Virus record (IMG/VR): IMGVR_UViG_3300029473_000204
Source: a virus
Lineage: Duplodnaviria > Heunggongvirae > Uroviricota > Caudoviricetes
Strand: one strand, 5' to 3'
Length of the DNA stretch: 31,155 nucleotides
The notes beneath the pieces are model-generated. The model had not been told where the DNA came from. It searched no databases and saw nothing but the letters and a program-made list of their open reading frames with translations. Below, piece after piece: positions 8,440 through 17,562 of this stretch; positions within the stretch are counted from its first letter, which is position 1, and every line of letters starts with the position of its first letter. Both the position numbers and the translations under genes were made by a program.

Positions 8440-9100
8440 TGGCTACTAGCCATTTTATTGTGATCCCTAAACCACCTCCTGGGGAGGTGGTGATTGATCC
8501 TGTAAGGCTATAGCCTGAAGAATGCCCATGTCGGAATATCTCTGCTTACTCACCACAAGTAAAAGGAGACAAACTGACATGGGGTTTTACAGAAGTTCAT
8601 CATATGTATATTGGCGTTGCAAATATCACATAGTCTGGACGGCAAAGTACCGTTTTAGGATCCTGAGGGATAAATTGGGCAAGGAGCTGTACAGAACCAT
8701 CTATATTCTTTGCGGAATAAAAGATTGTGAGGTTCTGGAGTTAAATGTACAGGCAGATCATGTGCATCTTGTCGTAATAGTGCCGCCAAAAATCTCAATA
8801 TCTACTCTGATGGGGCACCTGAAAGGTCGCAGTGCAATCAGACTCTACAATCGATTCCCGCATATCAGGAAGAAGTTATGGGGAAACCATTTTTGGTCGT
8901 GGGGTTACTTTGTTGATACGGTAGGCGTGAACGAAGAAATTATCAGACGATATGCGAGGTATCAGGAAAAGATGGAGCAAACACATGAACAGCAGATGGA
9001 GTTGCTAGAGTAGAAAACGGAATATGACATTCGCCCCCCTTATAGGGGGCATTCTGAAAAGCCACCTCCTCAGGAGGTGGTCTTTTACTTCTACTGTGTT
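8440..9100 (+). mobile_element. IS200/IS605-family insertion sequence (IS200-like); boundaries approximate
   Basis: A Y1-transposase gene is flanked by near-identical perfect hairpins CCACCTCC-tgg-GGAGGTGG (about 8477-8495) and CCACCTCC-tca-GGAGGTGG (about 9061-9079), plus a CCCCCC-ttata-GGGGG hairpin at about 9045-9060. Exact ends cannot be fixed without a reference copy. Confidence 0.6.
8579..9013 (+). CDS. tnpA: IS200/IS605-family transposase TnpA (HUH Y1 transposase), about 144 aa
   Basis: WRCKYHIVWTAKYR near the N-terminus, HUH motif HVHLVV, and a C-terminal tyrosine region RRYARYQ. AAAAGGAGA ribosome-binding site before the ATG at 8579. The track ORF from 8522 is an upstream extension. 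Confidence 0.8.
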   Translation: MGFYRSSSYVYWRCKYHIVWTAKYRFRILRDKLGKELYRTIYILCGIKDCEVLELNVQADHVHLVVIVPPKISISTLMGHLKGRSAIRLYNRFPHIRKKLWGNHFWSWGYFVDTVGVNEEIIRRYARYQEKMEQTHEQQMELLE

Positions 9101-9213
9101 TGATGCATGAATTTGCATTCGAGTTTTTCTGAGCGTTGCCTTGTCAGTTGTAGGTCTTGTGGGGTTGGGGTGGCCTAATGCAACTGCATTATTAGCGCCC
9201 TATGAAGCGGGCG

Positions 9214-9232
9214 GGCGAGGCGGGGAAAGCAC
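9214..9232. other. cos: cos site (19-nt cohesive-end sequence of P2-like phages)
   Basis: Exact string GGCGAGGCGGGGAAAGCAC, which I recall as the P2 cohesive end, about 170 bp from the end of Q. The flanking GC-rich sequence resembles the P2 genome termini. Confidence 0.75.
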
Positions 9233-9401
9233 TGCGCGCTGGCGGTGGTGCTGATTTTATTTTTTCAGCGTCTGAGCGCGTCGTGATGGCGTTTAGATTG
9301 TTAGCCGGGGCGTTGGTGTGTCTGCGGGCTGTTTTGTGCGGTGGTGAGCGTGTGAGGGCGTGATGGCGGGTTGTAAAAAAGCCGCCCGCAGGCGGCGATG
9401 T

Positions 9402-10436
9402 TCAGCCGTTGTCAGTGTCCAGTGAGTAGTTTTTAAAGCGGATGACCTCCTGACCGAGCCAGCCGTTTATCTCGCGGATCCTGTCCTGTAACGGGATAAG
9501 CTCATTGCGGACAAAGACCTTTGCCACTTTCTCAATATCACCCAGCGACCCGACGTTCTCCGGCTTGCCCCCCATCAACTGAAAGGGGATGCGGTGCGCG
9601 TCCAGCAGGTCAGCGGCGCTGGCTTTTTTGATATTAAAAAAATCGTCCTTCGTTGCCACTTCACTGAGCGGGATAATTTTAATGCCGTCGGCTTTCCCCT
9701 GTGGGGCATAGAGAAACAGATTTTTAAAGTTATTGCGGCCTTTCGACTTAACCATGTTTTCGCGAAGCATTTCGATATCGTTGCGATCCTGCACGGCATC
9801 AGTGACGTACATGATGTATCCGGCATGTGCGCCGTTTTCGTAATACTTGCGGCGGAACAGCGTGGCCGACTCATTCAGCCAGGCAGAGTTAAGGGCGCTG
9901 AGATATTCCGGCAGGCCGTACAGCTCCTGATTAATATCCGGCTCCAGCAGGTGAAACACGGAGCCGGGCGTGAAAGGTGTCGGCTCGTTGAAGGACGGCA
10001 CCCACCAGTAAACATCCTCCTCCACCCCACGGCGGGTATATTTTGCCGGTGAGGTTTCCAGTCTGATGACTTTACCGGTAGTGCTGTAACGCTTTTCCAG
10101 AAACGCATTACCGAACACCAGAAAATCCAGCACAAAGCGGCTGAAATCCTGTTGCGAAAGCCACGGATGCGGGATAAATGTCGAGGCCAGAATATTGCGT
10201 TTAACGTAAATCGGTGAGCTGTGATGCACGGCAGCACGCAGGCTTTTCGCCAGACCGGTAAAGCTGACCGGCGGCTCATACCATCTGCCGTTACTGATGC
10301 ACTCGACGTAATCCAGAATGTCACGGCGGTCGAGTACCGGCACCGGCTCACCAAAGGTGAATGCCTCCATTTTCGGGGCGCTGGCGGTCATTTTTTTTGC
10401 CGCAGGTTGCGGTGTTTTCCCTTTTTTCTTGCTCAT
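9402..10436 (-). CDS. Q: Portal protein Q, 344 aa
   Basis: 344 aa, identical in length to P2 Q, transcribed away from cos together with P. Confidence 0.9.
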   Translation of the reverse strand: MSKKKGKTPQPAAKKMTASAPKMEAFTFGEPVPVLDRRDILDYVECISNGRWYEPPVSFTGLAKSLRAAVHHSSPIYVKRNILASTFIPHPWLSQQDFSRFVLDFLVFGNAFLEKRYSTTGKVIRLETSPAKYTRRGVEEDVYWWVPSFNEPTPFTPGSVFHLLEPDINQELYGLPEYLSALNSAWLNESATLFRRKYYENGAHAGYIMYVTDAVQDRNDIEMLRENMVKSKGRNNFKNLFLYAPQGKADGIKIIPLSEVATKDDFFNIKKASAADLLDAHRIPFQLMGGKPENVGSLGDIEKVAKVFVRNELIPLQDRIREINGWLGQEVIRFKNYSLDTDNG

Positions 10437-12208
10437 CAGTAAAACTCCAGAATGGTGGATGTCAGCGGGGTGCTGATACCGGCGGTGAGTGGCTCATTTA
10501 ACAGGGCATGCATGGTCGCCCAGGCGAGGTCGGCGTGGCTGGCTTCCTCGCTGCGGCTGGCCTCATAGGTGGCGCTGCGTCCGCTGCTGGTCATGGTCTT
10601 GCGGATAGCCATAAACGAGCTGGTGATGTCGGTGGCGCTGACGTCATATTCCAGACAGCCACGGCGGATAACGTCTTTTGCCTTGAGCACCATTGCGGTT
10701 TTCATTTCCGGCGTGTAGCGGATATCACGCGCGGCGGGATAGAACGAGCGCACGAGCTGGAACACGCCGACACCGAGGCCGGTGGCATCAATACCGATGT
10801 ATTCGACGTTGTATTTTTCAGTGAGTTTGCGGATGGATTCAGCCTGGGTGGCAAAGTCCATGCCTTTCCACTGGTGACGCTCAAGTATTCTGAATTTGCC
10901 ACCGGCCACCACCGGCGGTGCCAGCACCACGCATCCGGCGCTGTCGCCACGGTGTGACGGGTCGTAACCAATCCATACCGGGCGGGAGCCGAACGGATTG
11001 GCGGCAAACGGCGCATAGTCTTCCCATTCTTCCAGCGTGTCGACCATGCAGCGTTGCAGCTCCTCGAACGGGAATACCGACGCCTTGTCGTCAACAAATT
11101 CACACATGAACAGGTTTTTAAAATCGTCGGCGCTGTTTTCGCGTTTGAGCTGCTCAATGTCGAACAGTGTGCAGCCGCCTTTCAGGGCGTCCTCAATGGT
11201 GACAATCTGCCGCCACTGGCCGTCCGCACAGAGAAGCCCACCGGCAAGGGCGTTATGACTGACGTCGATTTCCACGCGTTCGGCGGCGCTGGCGCGTCCC
11301 CGGTTGAACAGTTCACCTGACCAGAACGGGTAGGCGTCGTGCGCCAGCGTGGACGGGGTGGAGAAATAGGTCGAGCGCAGGTGACTCTGTGAGGCCATAC
11401 CTGATGCCACCTTACGCAGTACCTGAAAATTCGGGATCCAGAAAATCTCATCGACGTACAGGTCGCCGTTATGGCTCTGCGCGGTGTTGGAGTTGGTGCC
11501 GAGAAAAATCAGTTTTGCGCCGTTATTGCCCAGGACAATCGGGTCACCGGTCAGGTCAACGTCAACCAGCCGGGCAAAGGCGATGATGTATTCACGGAAC
11601 ACATACGCCTGCGTTTTACTGGCCGACAGAAAAATCTGGTTATGACCTGTTTTCAGGGCGCGCAGCAGCGCCTCGCGGGAAAAATAAAACGTCGCGCCAA
11701 TCTGGCGGGATTTCAGGATATCGCGGATGCGGTGCTCAAGCCCGGCGCGATACCAGTGCAACTGATATTCGAAAGACTGCTCAAAGAAAATCTGCTCCAG
11801 CTTTTCGATGGCCTCGTCACTGAAAAAATTCTTTTTCGGTTTGCGACGCCCGCCTTTGTTGCGGTTAGCGACGTTCGGATTAAGGTCTGCCTCGTTGCCG
11901 GTCTGACTGTAACGGTTGACCCGTGCCAGTCGTTCAATCTGGCGTCCGAGCAGGTCAATTTCCTTGAAGTCACCGCCGGTTTTCTGCGGTTTGATGATGA
12001 GCTGGGTCAGCCGCGCTTCCAGACTCATTTCGACACGGCTGATGGGGGCAACGCTGTCCCAGCCGTCGCGCTGTTTCCAGCTCTGCACCGTCGGGCGTTT
12101 CATCTGCAACATGGCGGCAATCTGCGGCACGGAAAACCCCTGCCAGTACAGCAGCGCCGCCTGACGACGCGGGTCGTGTAAAAGAGTGGTGTCTGTGGTG
12201 ATGGTCAT
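10436..12208 (-). CDS. P: Terminase large (ATPase) subunit P, 590 aa
   Basis: 590 aa from the ATG at 12206-12208 (MTITTDTTLL), the same length as P2 P. The track ORF extends 10 codons further upstream. Confidence 0.9.
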   Translation of the reverse strand: MTITTDTTLLHDPRRQAALLYWQGFSVPQIAAMLQMKRPTVQSWKQRDGWDSVAPISRVEMSLEARLTQLIIKPQKTGGDFKEIDLLGRQIERLARVNRYSQTGNEADLNPNVANRNKGGRRKPKKNFFSDEAIEKLEQIFFEQSFEYQLHWYRAGLEHRIRDILKSRQIGATFYFSREALLRALKTGHNQIFLSASKTQAYVFREYIIAFARLVDVDLTGDPIVLGNNGAKLIFLGTNSNTAQSHNGDLYVDEIFWIPNFQVLRKVASGMASQSHLRSTYFSTPSTLAHDAYPFWSGELFNRGRASAAERVEIDVSHNALAGGLLCADGQWRQIVTIEDALKGGCTLFDIEQLKRENSADDFKNLFMCEFVDDKASVFPFEELQRCMVDTLEEWEDYAPFAANPFGSRPVWIGYDPSHRGDSAGCVVLAPPVVAGGKFRILERHQWKGMDFATQAESIRKLTEKYNVEYIGIDATGLGVGVFQLVRSFYPAARDIRYTPEMKTAMVLKAKDVIRRGCLEYDVSATDITSSFMAIRKTMTSSGRSATYEASRSEEASHADLAWATMHALLNEPLTAGISTPLTSTILEFY

Positions 12209-12381
12209 GAATACCTCGCCGTGATGAATACACGGCAAGGCTACTGAGTCGCGCCCCGCGATTCGCTAAGGTGCTGTTGTGTCAGTGATAAGCCATCCGG
12301 GACTGATGGCGGAGGATGCGCATCGTCGGGAAACTGATGCCGACATGTGACTCCTCTAATCACTATTCAGGACTCCTGACA

Positions 12382-13236
12382 ATGGCAAAAAAAGTCTCAA
12401 AATTCTTTCGTATCGGCGTTGAGGGTGACACCTGTGACGGGCGTGTCATCAGTGCGCAGGATATTCAGGAAATGGCCGAAACCTTTGACCCGCGAGTCTA
12501 TGGTTGCCGCATTAACCTGGAACATCTGCGCGGCATCCTGCCTGACGGTATTTTTAAGCGTTATGGCGATGTGGCCGAACTGAAGGCCGAAAAGATTGAC
12601 GATGATTCGGCGCTGAAAGGCAAATGGGCGCTGTTTGCGAAAATCACCCCGACCGATGACCTTATCGCGATGAACAAGGCCGCGCAGAAGGTCTATACCT
12701 CAATGGAAATTCAGCCGAACTTTGCCAATACCGGCAAATGTTATCTGGTGGGTCTGGCCGTCACCGATGACCCGGCAAGCCTCGGCACGGAATACCTGGA
12801 ATTCTGCCGCACGGTAAAACACAACCCTCTGAACCGCTTCAAATTAAGCCCTGAAAACCTGATTTCAGTGGCAACGCCTGTTGAGCTGGAATTTGAAGAC
12901 CTGCCTGAAACCGTGTTCACCGCCCTGACCGAAAAGGTGAAATCCATTTTTGGCCGCAAACAGGCCAGCGATGACGCCCGTCTGAATGACGTGCATGAAG
13001 CGGTGACCGCTGTCGCTGAGCATGTGCAGGAAAAACTGAGCGCCACTGAGCAGCGCCTTGCTGAGATGGAAACCGCCTTTTCCGCACTTAAGCAGGATGT
13101 GACTGACAGGGCGGATGAAACCAGTCAGGCATTCACCCGCCTGAAAAACAGTCTCGACCACACCGAAAGTCTGACCCAGCAGCGCCGCAGTAAAGCCACC
13201 GGCGGTGGCGGTGACGCCCTGATGACGAACTGCTGA
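12382..13236 (+). CDS. O: Capsid scaffolding protein O, 284 aa
   Basis: 284 aa from the internal ATG (MAKKVSKFFRIGVEG), matching P2 O in length. The track ORF from 12316 is an extension. Confidence 0.85.
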   Translation: MAKKVSKFFRIGVEGDTCDGRVISAQDIQEMAETFDPRVYGCRINLEHLRGILPDGIFKRYGDVAELKAEKIDDDSALKGKWALFAKITPTDDLIAMNKAAQKVYTSMEIQPNFANTGKCYLVGLAVTDDPASLGTEYLEFCRTVKHNPLNRFKLSPENLISVATPVELEFEDLPETVFTALTEKVKSIFGRKQASDDARLNDVHEAVTAVAEHVQEKLSATEQRLAEMETAFSALKQDVTDRADETSQAFTRLKNSLDHTESLTQQRRSKATGGGGDALMTNC

Positions 13237-13294
13237 CCGGCGTCAGTCAGTCCGGGAAAACCTTCACGATTAACCCTTAATTTCAGGAAAAACT

Positions 13295-14368
13295 ATGCGC
13301 CAGGAAACCCGCTTTAAATTTAATGCCTACCTGTCCCGTGTTGCCGAACTGAACGGCATCGACGCCGGTGATGTGTCGAAAAAATTCACCGTTGAACCGT
13401 CGGTCACCCAGACCCTGATGAACACCATGCAGGAGTCCTCTGACTTTCTGACCCGCATCAACATTGTGCCGGTCAGCGAAATGAAAGGGGAAAAAATTGG
13501 CATCGGTGTCACCGGCTCCATCGCCAGCACCACCGACACCGCCGGTGGCACCGAGCGTCAGCCGAAGGACTTCTCGAAGCTGGCGTCAAACAAGTACGAA
13601 TGCGACCAGATTAACTTCGATTTTTATATCCGCTACAAAACGCTGGACCTGTGGGCGCGTTATCAGGATTTCCAGCTCCGTGTCCGTAACGCCATTATCA
13701 AACGCCAGTCCCTTGATTTCATCATGGCCGGTTTTAACGGCGTGAGGCGTGCCGAAACCTCTGACCGCAGCAGTAACCCGATGCTGCAGGATGTGGCGGT
13801 CGGCTGGCTGCAGAAATACCGCAATGAAGCCCCGGCGCGCGTGATGAGCAAGGTTACTGACGAGGAAGGTCACACGACCTCTGAGGTCATCCGCGTGGGT
13901 AAGGGCGGTGATTATGCCAGCCTCGATGCACTGGTGATGGATGCGACCAACAACCTGATTGAGCCGTGGTATCAGGAAGACCCTGACCTTGTGGTGATTG
14001 TGGGGCGTCAGCTACTGGCGGACAAGTATTTCCCCATCGTCAACAGGGAGCAGGACAACAGCGAAATGCTGGCCGCTGACGTCATCATCAGCCAGAAACG
14101 CATCGGTAACCTGCCGGCAGTGCGCGTCCCGTACTTCCCGGCAGATGCGATGCTCATCACGAAGCTGGAAAACCTGTCCATCTACTACATGGATGACAGC
14201 CATCGCCGCGTGATTGAGGAAAACCCGAAACTCGACCGCGTGGAGAACTACGAGTCAATGAACATTGATTACGTGGTGGAAGACTACGCCGCCGGTTGTC
14301 TGGTGGAAAAAATTAAGGTCGGTGATTTCTCCACACCGGCTAAGGCGACCGCAGAGCCGGGAGCGTAA
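13295..14368 (+). CDS. N: Major capsid protein N, 357 aa
   Basis: 357 aa, the same as P2 N, in the O-N-M-L order. Confidence 0.9.
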   Translation: MRQETRFKFNAYLSRVAELNGIDAGDVSKKFTVEPSVTQTLMNTMQESSDFLTRINIVPVSEMKGEKIGIGVTGSIASTTDTAGGTERQPKDFSKLASNKYECDQINFDFYIRYKTLDLWARYQDFQLRVRNAIIKRQSLDFIMAGFNGVRRAETSDRSSNPMLQDVAVGWLQKYRNEAPARVMSKVTDEEGHTTSEVIRVGKGGDYASLDALVMDATNNLIEPWYQEDPDLVVIVGRQLLADKYFPIVNREQDNSEMLAADVIISQKRIGNLPAVRVPYFPADAMLITKLENLSIYYMDDSHRRVIEENPKLDRVENYESMNIDYVVEDYAAGCLVEKIKVGDFSTPAKATAEPGA

Positions 14369-14371
14369 CCG

Positions 14372-15115
14372 ATGACGAGTCCCGCACAGCGCCACATGAT
14401 GCGGGTCTCGGCAGCGATGACCGCGCAGCGGGAAGCCGCCCCGCTGCGACATGCAACTGTCTATGAGCAGATGCTGGTCAAGCTGGCCGCAGACCAGCGC
14501 ACACTGAAAGCGATTTATTCAAAAGAGCTTAAGGCCGCGAAAAAGCGCGAACTGCTGCCGTTCTGGTTGCCGTGGGTGAACGGCGTGCTGGAGCAGGGCA
14601 AAGGTGCACAGGATGACATTCTGATGACGGTCATGCTGTGGCGTCTGGATACCGGCGATATTGCCGGTGCGCTGGAGATTGCCCGTTATGCCATGAAGTA
14701 CGGTCTGACCATGCCGGGTAAACACCGCCGCACCCCGCCGTACATGTTCACCGAGGAGGTGGCACTCGCGGCCATGCGTGCCCACGCTGCCGGTGAGTCT
14801 GTGGATACCCGACTGCTGACGGACACCCTTGAACTGACCGCCACGGCTGACATGCCTGATGAAGTGCGCGCAAAGCTGCACAAAATCACCGGTCTGTTTC
14901 TGCGTGACGCTGGTGATGCCGCCGGTGCGCTGGCTCACCTGCAACGTGCGACACAGCTCGACTGTCAGGCAGGTGTCAAAAAAGAGATTGAACGACTGGA
15001 GCGGGAGCTGAAACCGAAGCCGGAGCCGCAGCCCAAAGCGGCCACCCGTACCCCGCGTAAGACCCGGAGCGTGACACCGGCAAAACGTGGACGCCCGAAA
15101 AAGAAAGCCAGTTAA
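14372..15115 (+). CDS. M: Terminase small/endonuclease subunit M, 247 aa
   Basis: 247 aa, the same as P2 M. Basic K/R/P-rich C-terminal tail. Confidence 0.85.
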   Translation: MTSPAQRHMMRVSAAMTAQREAAPLRHATVYEQMLVKLAADQRTLKAIYSKELKAAKKRELLPFWLPWVNGVLEQGKGAQDDILMTVMLWRLDTGDIAGALEIARYAMKYGLTMPGKHRRTPPYMFTEEVALAAMRAHAAGESVDTRLLTDTLELTATADMPDEVRAKLHKITGLFLRDAGDAAGALAHLQRATQLDCQAGVKKEIERLERELKPKPEPQPKAATRTPRKTRSVTPAKRGRPKKKAS

Positions 15116-15214
15116 CAACCGAATGCGCCCCGCGCCAGGGCGGCACGCCGGTCAGTGAGGGTGAATCACCTGACGCTGTACCGGCGTCCACCGCCCGACT
15201 TTTCAGAGGTAGTC

Positions 15215-15724
15215 ATGATGACGCTGATTATTCCGCGAAAGGAGGCTCCTGTATCCGGTGAGGGTACGGTGGTCATCCCGCAACCGGCAGGCGACGAGCC
15301 GGTGATTAAAAACACGTTCTTTTTTCCCGATATCGACCCGAAGCGCGTCCGGGAACGTATGCGCCTTGAGCAGACCGTCGCCCCCGCCCGTCTGCGTGAG
15401 GCTATCAAGTCAGGCATGGCGGAGACGAATGCGGAGCTGTACGAGTACCGCGAACAGAAAATTGCCGCCGGTTTTACGCGTCTGGCGGACGTCCCGGCGG
15501 ACGACATCGACGGTGAAAGCATCAAAGTTTTTTACTACGAGCGCGCCGTGTGTGCGATGGCGACCGCATCGCTTTATGAACGTTATCGCGGTGTGGATGC
15601 CAGTGCGAAAGGCGACAAGAAGGCCGACAGCATTGACAGCACCATTGATGAGCTGTGGCGGGATATGCGCTGGGCAGTGGCGCGCATCCAGGGCAAGCCG
15701 CGCTGCATCGTGAGTCAAATCTGA
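15215..15724 (+). CDS. L: Head completion/stabilisation protein L, 169 aa
   Basis: 169 aa from the ATG at 15215 (MMTLIIPRKE), the same as P2 L. The track ORF from 15155 is an extension. Confidence 0.85.
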   Translation: MMTLIIPRKEAPVSGEGTVVIPQPAGDEPVIKNTFFFPDIDPKRVRERMRLEQTVAPARLREAIKSGMAETNAELYEYREQKIAAGFTRLADVPADDIDGESIKVFYYERAVCAMATASLYERYRGVDASAKGDKKADSIDSTIDELWRDMRWAVARIQGKPRCIVSQI

Positions 15725-15927
15725 TGAAGACCTTTGCGCTACAGGGCGACACGCTCGACGCCATTTGTGTCCGGTATTACGGGCGCACTGAGGGCGTGGT
15801 TGAGACCGTGCTCGCCGCAAATCCGGGACTGGCTGAACTGGGTGCGGTGCTGCCACACGGCACCGCCGTCGAACTGCCCGACGTTCAGACCGCGCCCGTG
15901 GCTGAAACTGTCAATCTGTGGGAGTAA
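15724..15927 (+). CDS. X: Tail protein X, 67 aa
   Basis: ATG at 15724 overlaps the L stop. 67 aa (MKTFALQGDTLDAICVRYYG), matching P2 X in length. Confidence 0.8.
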   Translation: MKTFALQGDTLDAICVRYYGRTEGVVETVLAANPGLAELGAVLPHGTAVELPDVQTAPVAETVNLWE

Positions 15928-15930
15928 CGC

Positions 15931-16212
15931 ATGACAGCAGAAGAAAAAAGCGTCCTGTCGCTTTTCATGATTGGGGTGCTGATTGTTGTCGGCAAGGTGC
16001 TTGCCGGTGGTGAACCCATCACCCCGCGTCTGTTTATCGGGCGCATGTTGCTCGGTGGTTTTGTCTCGATGGTTGCCGGTGTTGTTCTGGTGCAGTTTCC
16101 TGACCTGTCACTGCCTGCGGTGTGCGGTATCGGCTCCATGCTGGGTATCGCCGGTTATCAGGTGATTGAGATTGCCATTCAGCGCCGCTTTAAGGGCAGG
16201 GGGAAACCGTAA
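15931..16212 (+). CDS. Y: Holin Y, 93 aa
   Basis: 93 aa with hydrophobic transmembrane segments (VLSLFMIGVLIVVGKVLAGG... and LLGGFVSMVAGVVLV). First gene of the lysis cassette. Confidence 0.85.
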   Translation: MTAEEKSVLSLFMIGVLIVVGKVLAGGEPITPRLFIGRMLLGGFVSMVAGVVLVQFPDLSLPAVCGIGSMLGIAGYQVIEIAIQRRFKGRGKP

Positions 16213-16709
16213 TGCCGGTTATTAACACGCATCAGAATATCGCCGCCTTTCTCGACATGCTGGCCGTGTCCGAAGGGACGGCAAACCATCCGCTGACGAA
16301 AAACCGGGGCTATGACGTGATAGTCACCGGACTGGACGGGAAGCCGGAAATTTTCACCGACTACAGTGACCACCCGTTCGCACATGGCCGACCGGCGAAG
16401 GTGTTTAACCGTCGCGGTGAAAAATCCACGGCCTCCGGTCGCTATCAGCAGCTTTACCTGTTCTGGCCGCATTACCGCAAACAGCTTGCCCTGCCGGATT
16501 TCAGTCCGTTGTCACAGGACAGACTTGCCATTCAGTTGATCCGCGAACGCGGTGCACTGGATGACATCCGGGCGGGACGCATTGAGCGCGCCATTTCACG
16601 CTGTCGCAATATCTGGGCGTCCCTGCCGGGTGCCGGTTACGGTCAGCGTGAGCATTCACTGGAAAAACTGGTCACCGTCTGGCGTACCGCTGGCGGCGTA
16701 CCGGCTTAA
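16212..16709 (+). CDS. K: Endolysin K (lysozyme-like), 165 aa
   Basis: 165 aa, the same as P2 K, immediately after the holin. Confidence 0.85.
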   Translation: MPVINTHQNIAAFLDMLAVSEGTANHPLTKNRGYDVIVTGLDGKPEIFTDYSDHPFAHGRPAKVFNRRGEKSTASGRYQQLYLFWPHYRKQLALPDFSPLSQDRLAIQLIRERGALDDIRAGRIERAISRCRNIWASLPGAGYGQREHSLEKLVTVWRTAGGVPA

Positions 16710-16723
16710 ACGGAGTAAACACC

Positions 16724-17149
16724 ATGAAGAAATTATCCCTTTCACTGATGCTGAACGTGTCGCTGGCGCTGATGCTGGCACTGTCCCTGATTTACCCGCA
16801 GAGCGTGGCCGTCAATTTTGTCGCCGCCTGGGCGATTCTGGCGACGGTTATCTGTGTGGTTGCCGGTGGTGTCGGCGTGTATGCCACTGAGTATGTGCTG
16901 GAACGCTACGGGCGGGAGCTGCCGCCGGAATCGCTGGCCGTGAAGATTGTCGCGTCGCTGTTTTTGCAGCCGGTGCCGTGGCGCAGACGGGCAGTAGCTC
17001 TGGTGGTGATGGTGGCGACATTTATCTCGCTGGTCGCTGCCGGGTGGATTTTTACCGCGCTGATTTATCTCGTGGCATCGGTGTTCTTCCGACTGATACG
17101 TACGGCCTGCCGTCAGCGTTTTGAGGGGCGGGAACCATGTCAAGGCTGA
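16724..17149 (+). CDS. lysA: Lysis timing protein LysA (membrane protein), 141 aa
   Basis: 141 aa, strongly hydrophobic with several predicted transmembrane helices. P2 position and length. Confidence 0.8.
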   Translation: MKKLSLSLMLNVSLALMLALSLIYPQSVAVNFVAAWAILATVICVVAGGVGVYATEYVLERYGRELPPESLAVKIVASLFLQPVPWRRRAVALVVMVATFISLVAAGWIFTALIYLVASVFFRLIRTACRQRFEGREPCQG

Positions 17150-17562
17150 TGATTGTGCTGGTCGTGTTGTTATCGCTGGCGGTGGCCGGTCTGTTTCTGG
17201 TGAAACACAAAAATGCCAGCCTGCGCGCCTCGCTGGACAGGGCGAACAACGTCGCCAGCGGTCAGCAGACGACCATCACCATGCTGAAAAATCAGCTTCA
17301 TGTTGCGCTCACCAGGGCAGATAAAAACGAGCTGGCGCAGGTGGCACTGCGTCAGGAACTGGAGAACGCCGCGAAACGTGAAGCACAGCGCGAGAAAACC
17401 ATCACGAGGTTACTTAATGAGAACGAAGATTTTCGCCGCTGGTACGGTGCTGACCTGCCTGATGCTGTGCGCCGGTTGCACCAGCGCCCCGCCTGCACCG
17501 ACGCCAGTGATTGTCGCCAACGCCTGCCCGAAAGTGAGTCTTTGCCCGATGCCGGGCAGTGA
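17137..17562 (+). CDS. lysB: LysB, Rz-like inner-membrane spanin, 141 aa
   Basis: N-terminal transmembrane helix (LMIVLVVLLSLAVAGLFLV) followed by a helical periplasmic domain. 141 aa as in P2. Confidence 0.8.
   Translation: MSRLMIVLVVLLSLAVAGLFLVKHKNASLRASLDRANNVASGQQTTITMLKNQLHVALTRADKNELAQVALRQELENAAKREAQREKTITRLLNENEDFRRWYGADLPDAVRRLHQRPACTDASDCRQRLPESESLPDAGQ

Noticed and set aside
8477-9079. Repeated CCACCTCC-N3-GGAGGTGG palindromes, considered as possible CRISPR repeats or REP elements
   Set aside because: There are only two copies, and they flank a transposase gene rather than forming a regularly spaced array. They are better explained as IS200-type subterminal hairpins.
10508-12233. 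Several plus-strand ORFs of 63-236 aa (for example 10508-10957, 11471-12181, 11916-12164) and the minus-strand ORF 11970-12233, all inside terminase gene P
   Set aside because: They lie entirely within, and mostly antisense to, a conserved 590-aa gene in GC-rich DNA. Long spurious open frames are expected there, and none has its own ribosome-binding site or a recognisable motif.
12239-12381. Attempt to map Ogr-dependent late promoters (TGT-N12-ACA dyad) in the divergent P/O intergenic region
   Set aside because: I could not find a clean TGT-N12-ACA element by eye in this spacer. The divergent late promoters are expected here by analogy with P2, but I do not report coordinates I cannot support.
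14519-15118. 199-aa minus-strand ORF antisense to gene M
   Set aside because: It is contained within the conserved M gene on the opposite strand and has an arginine/glycine-rich spurious-looking translation.
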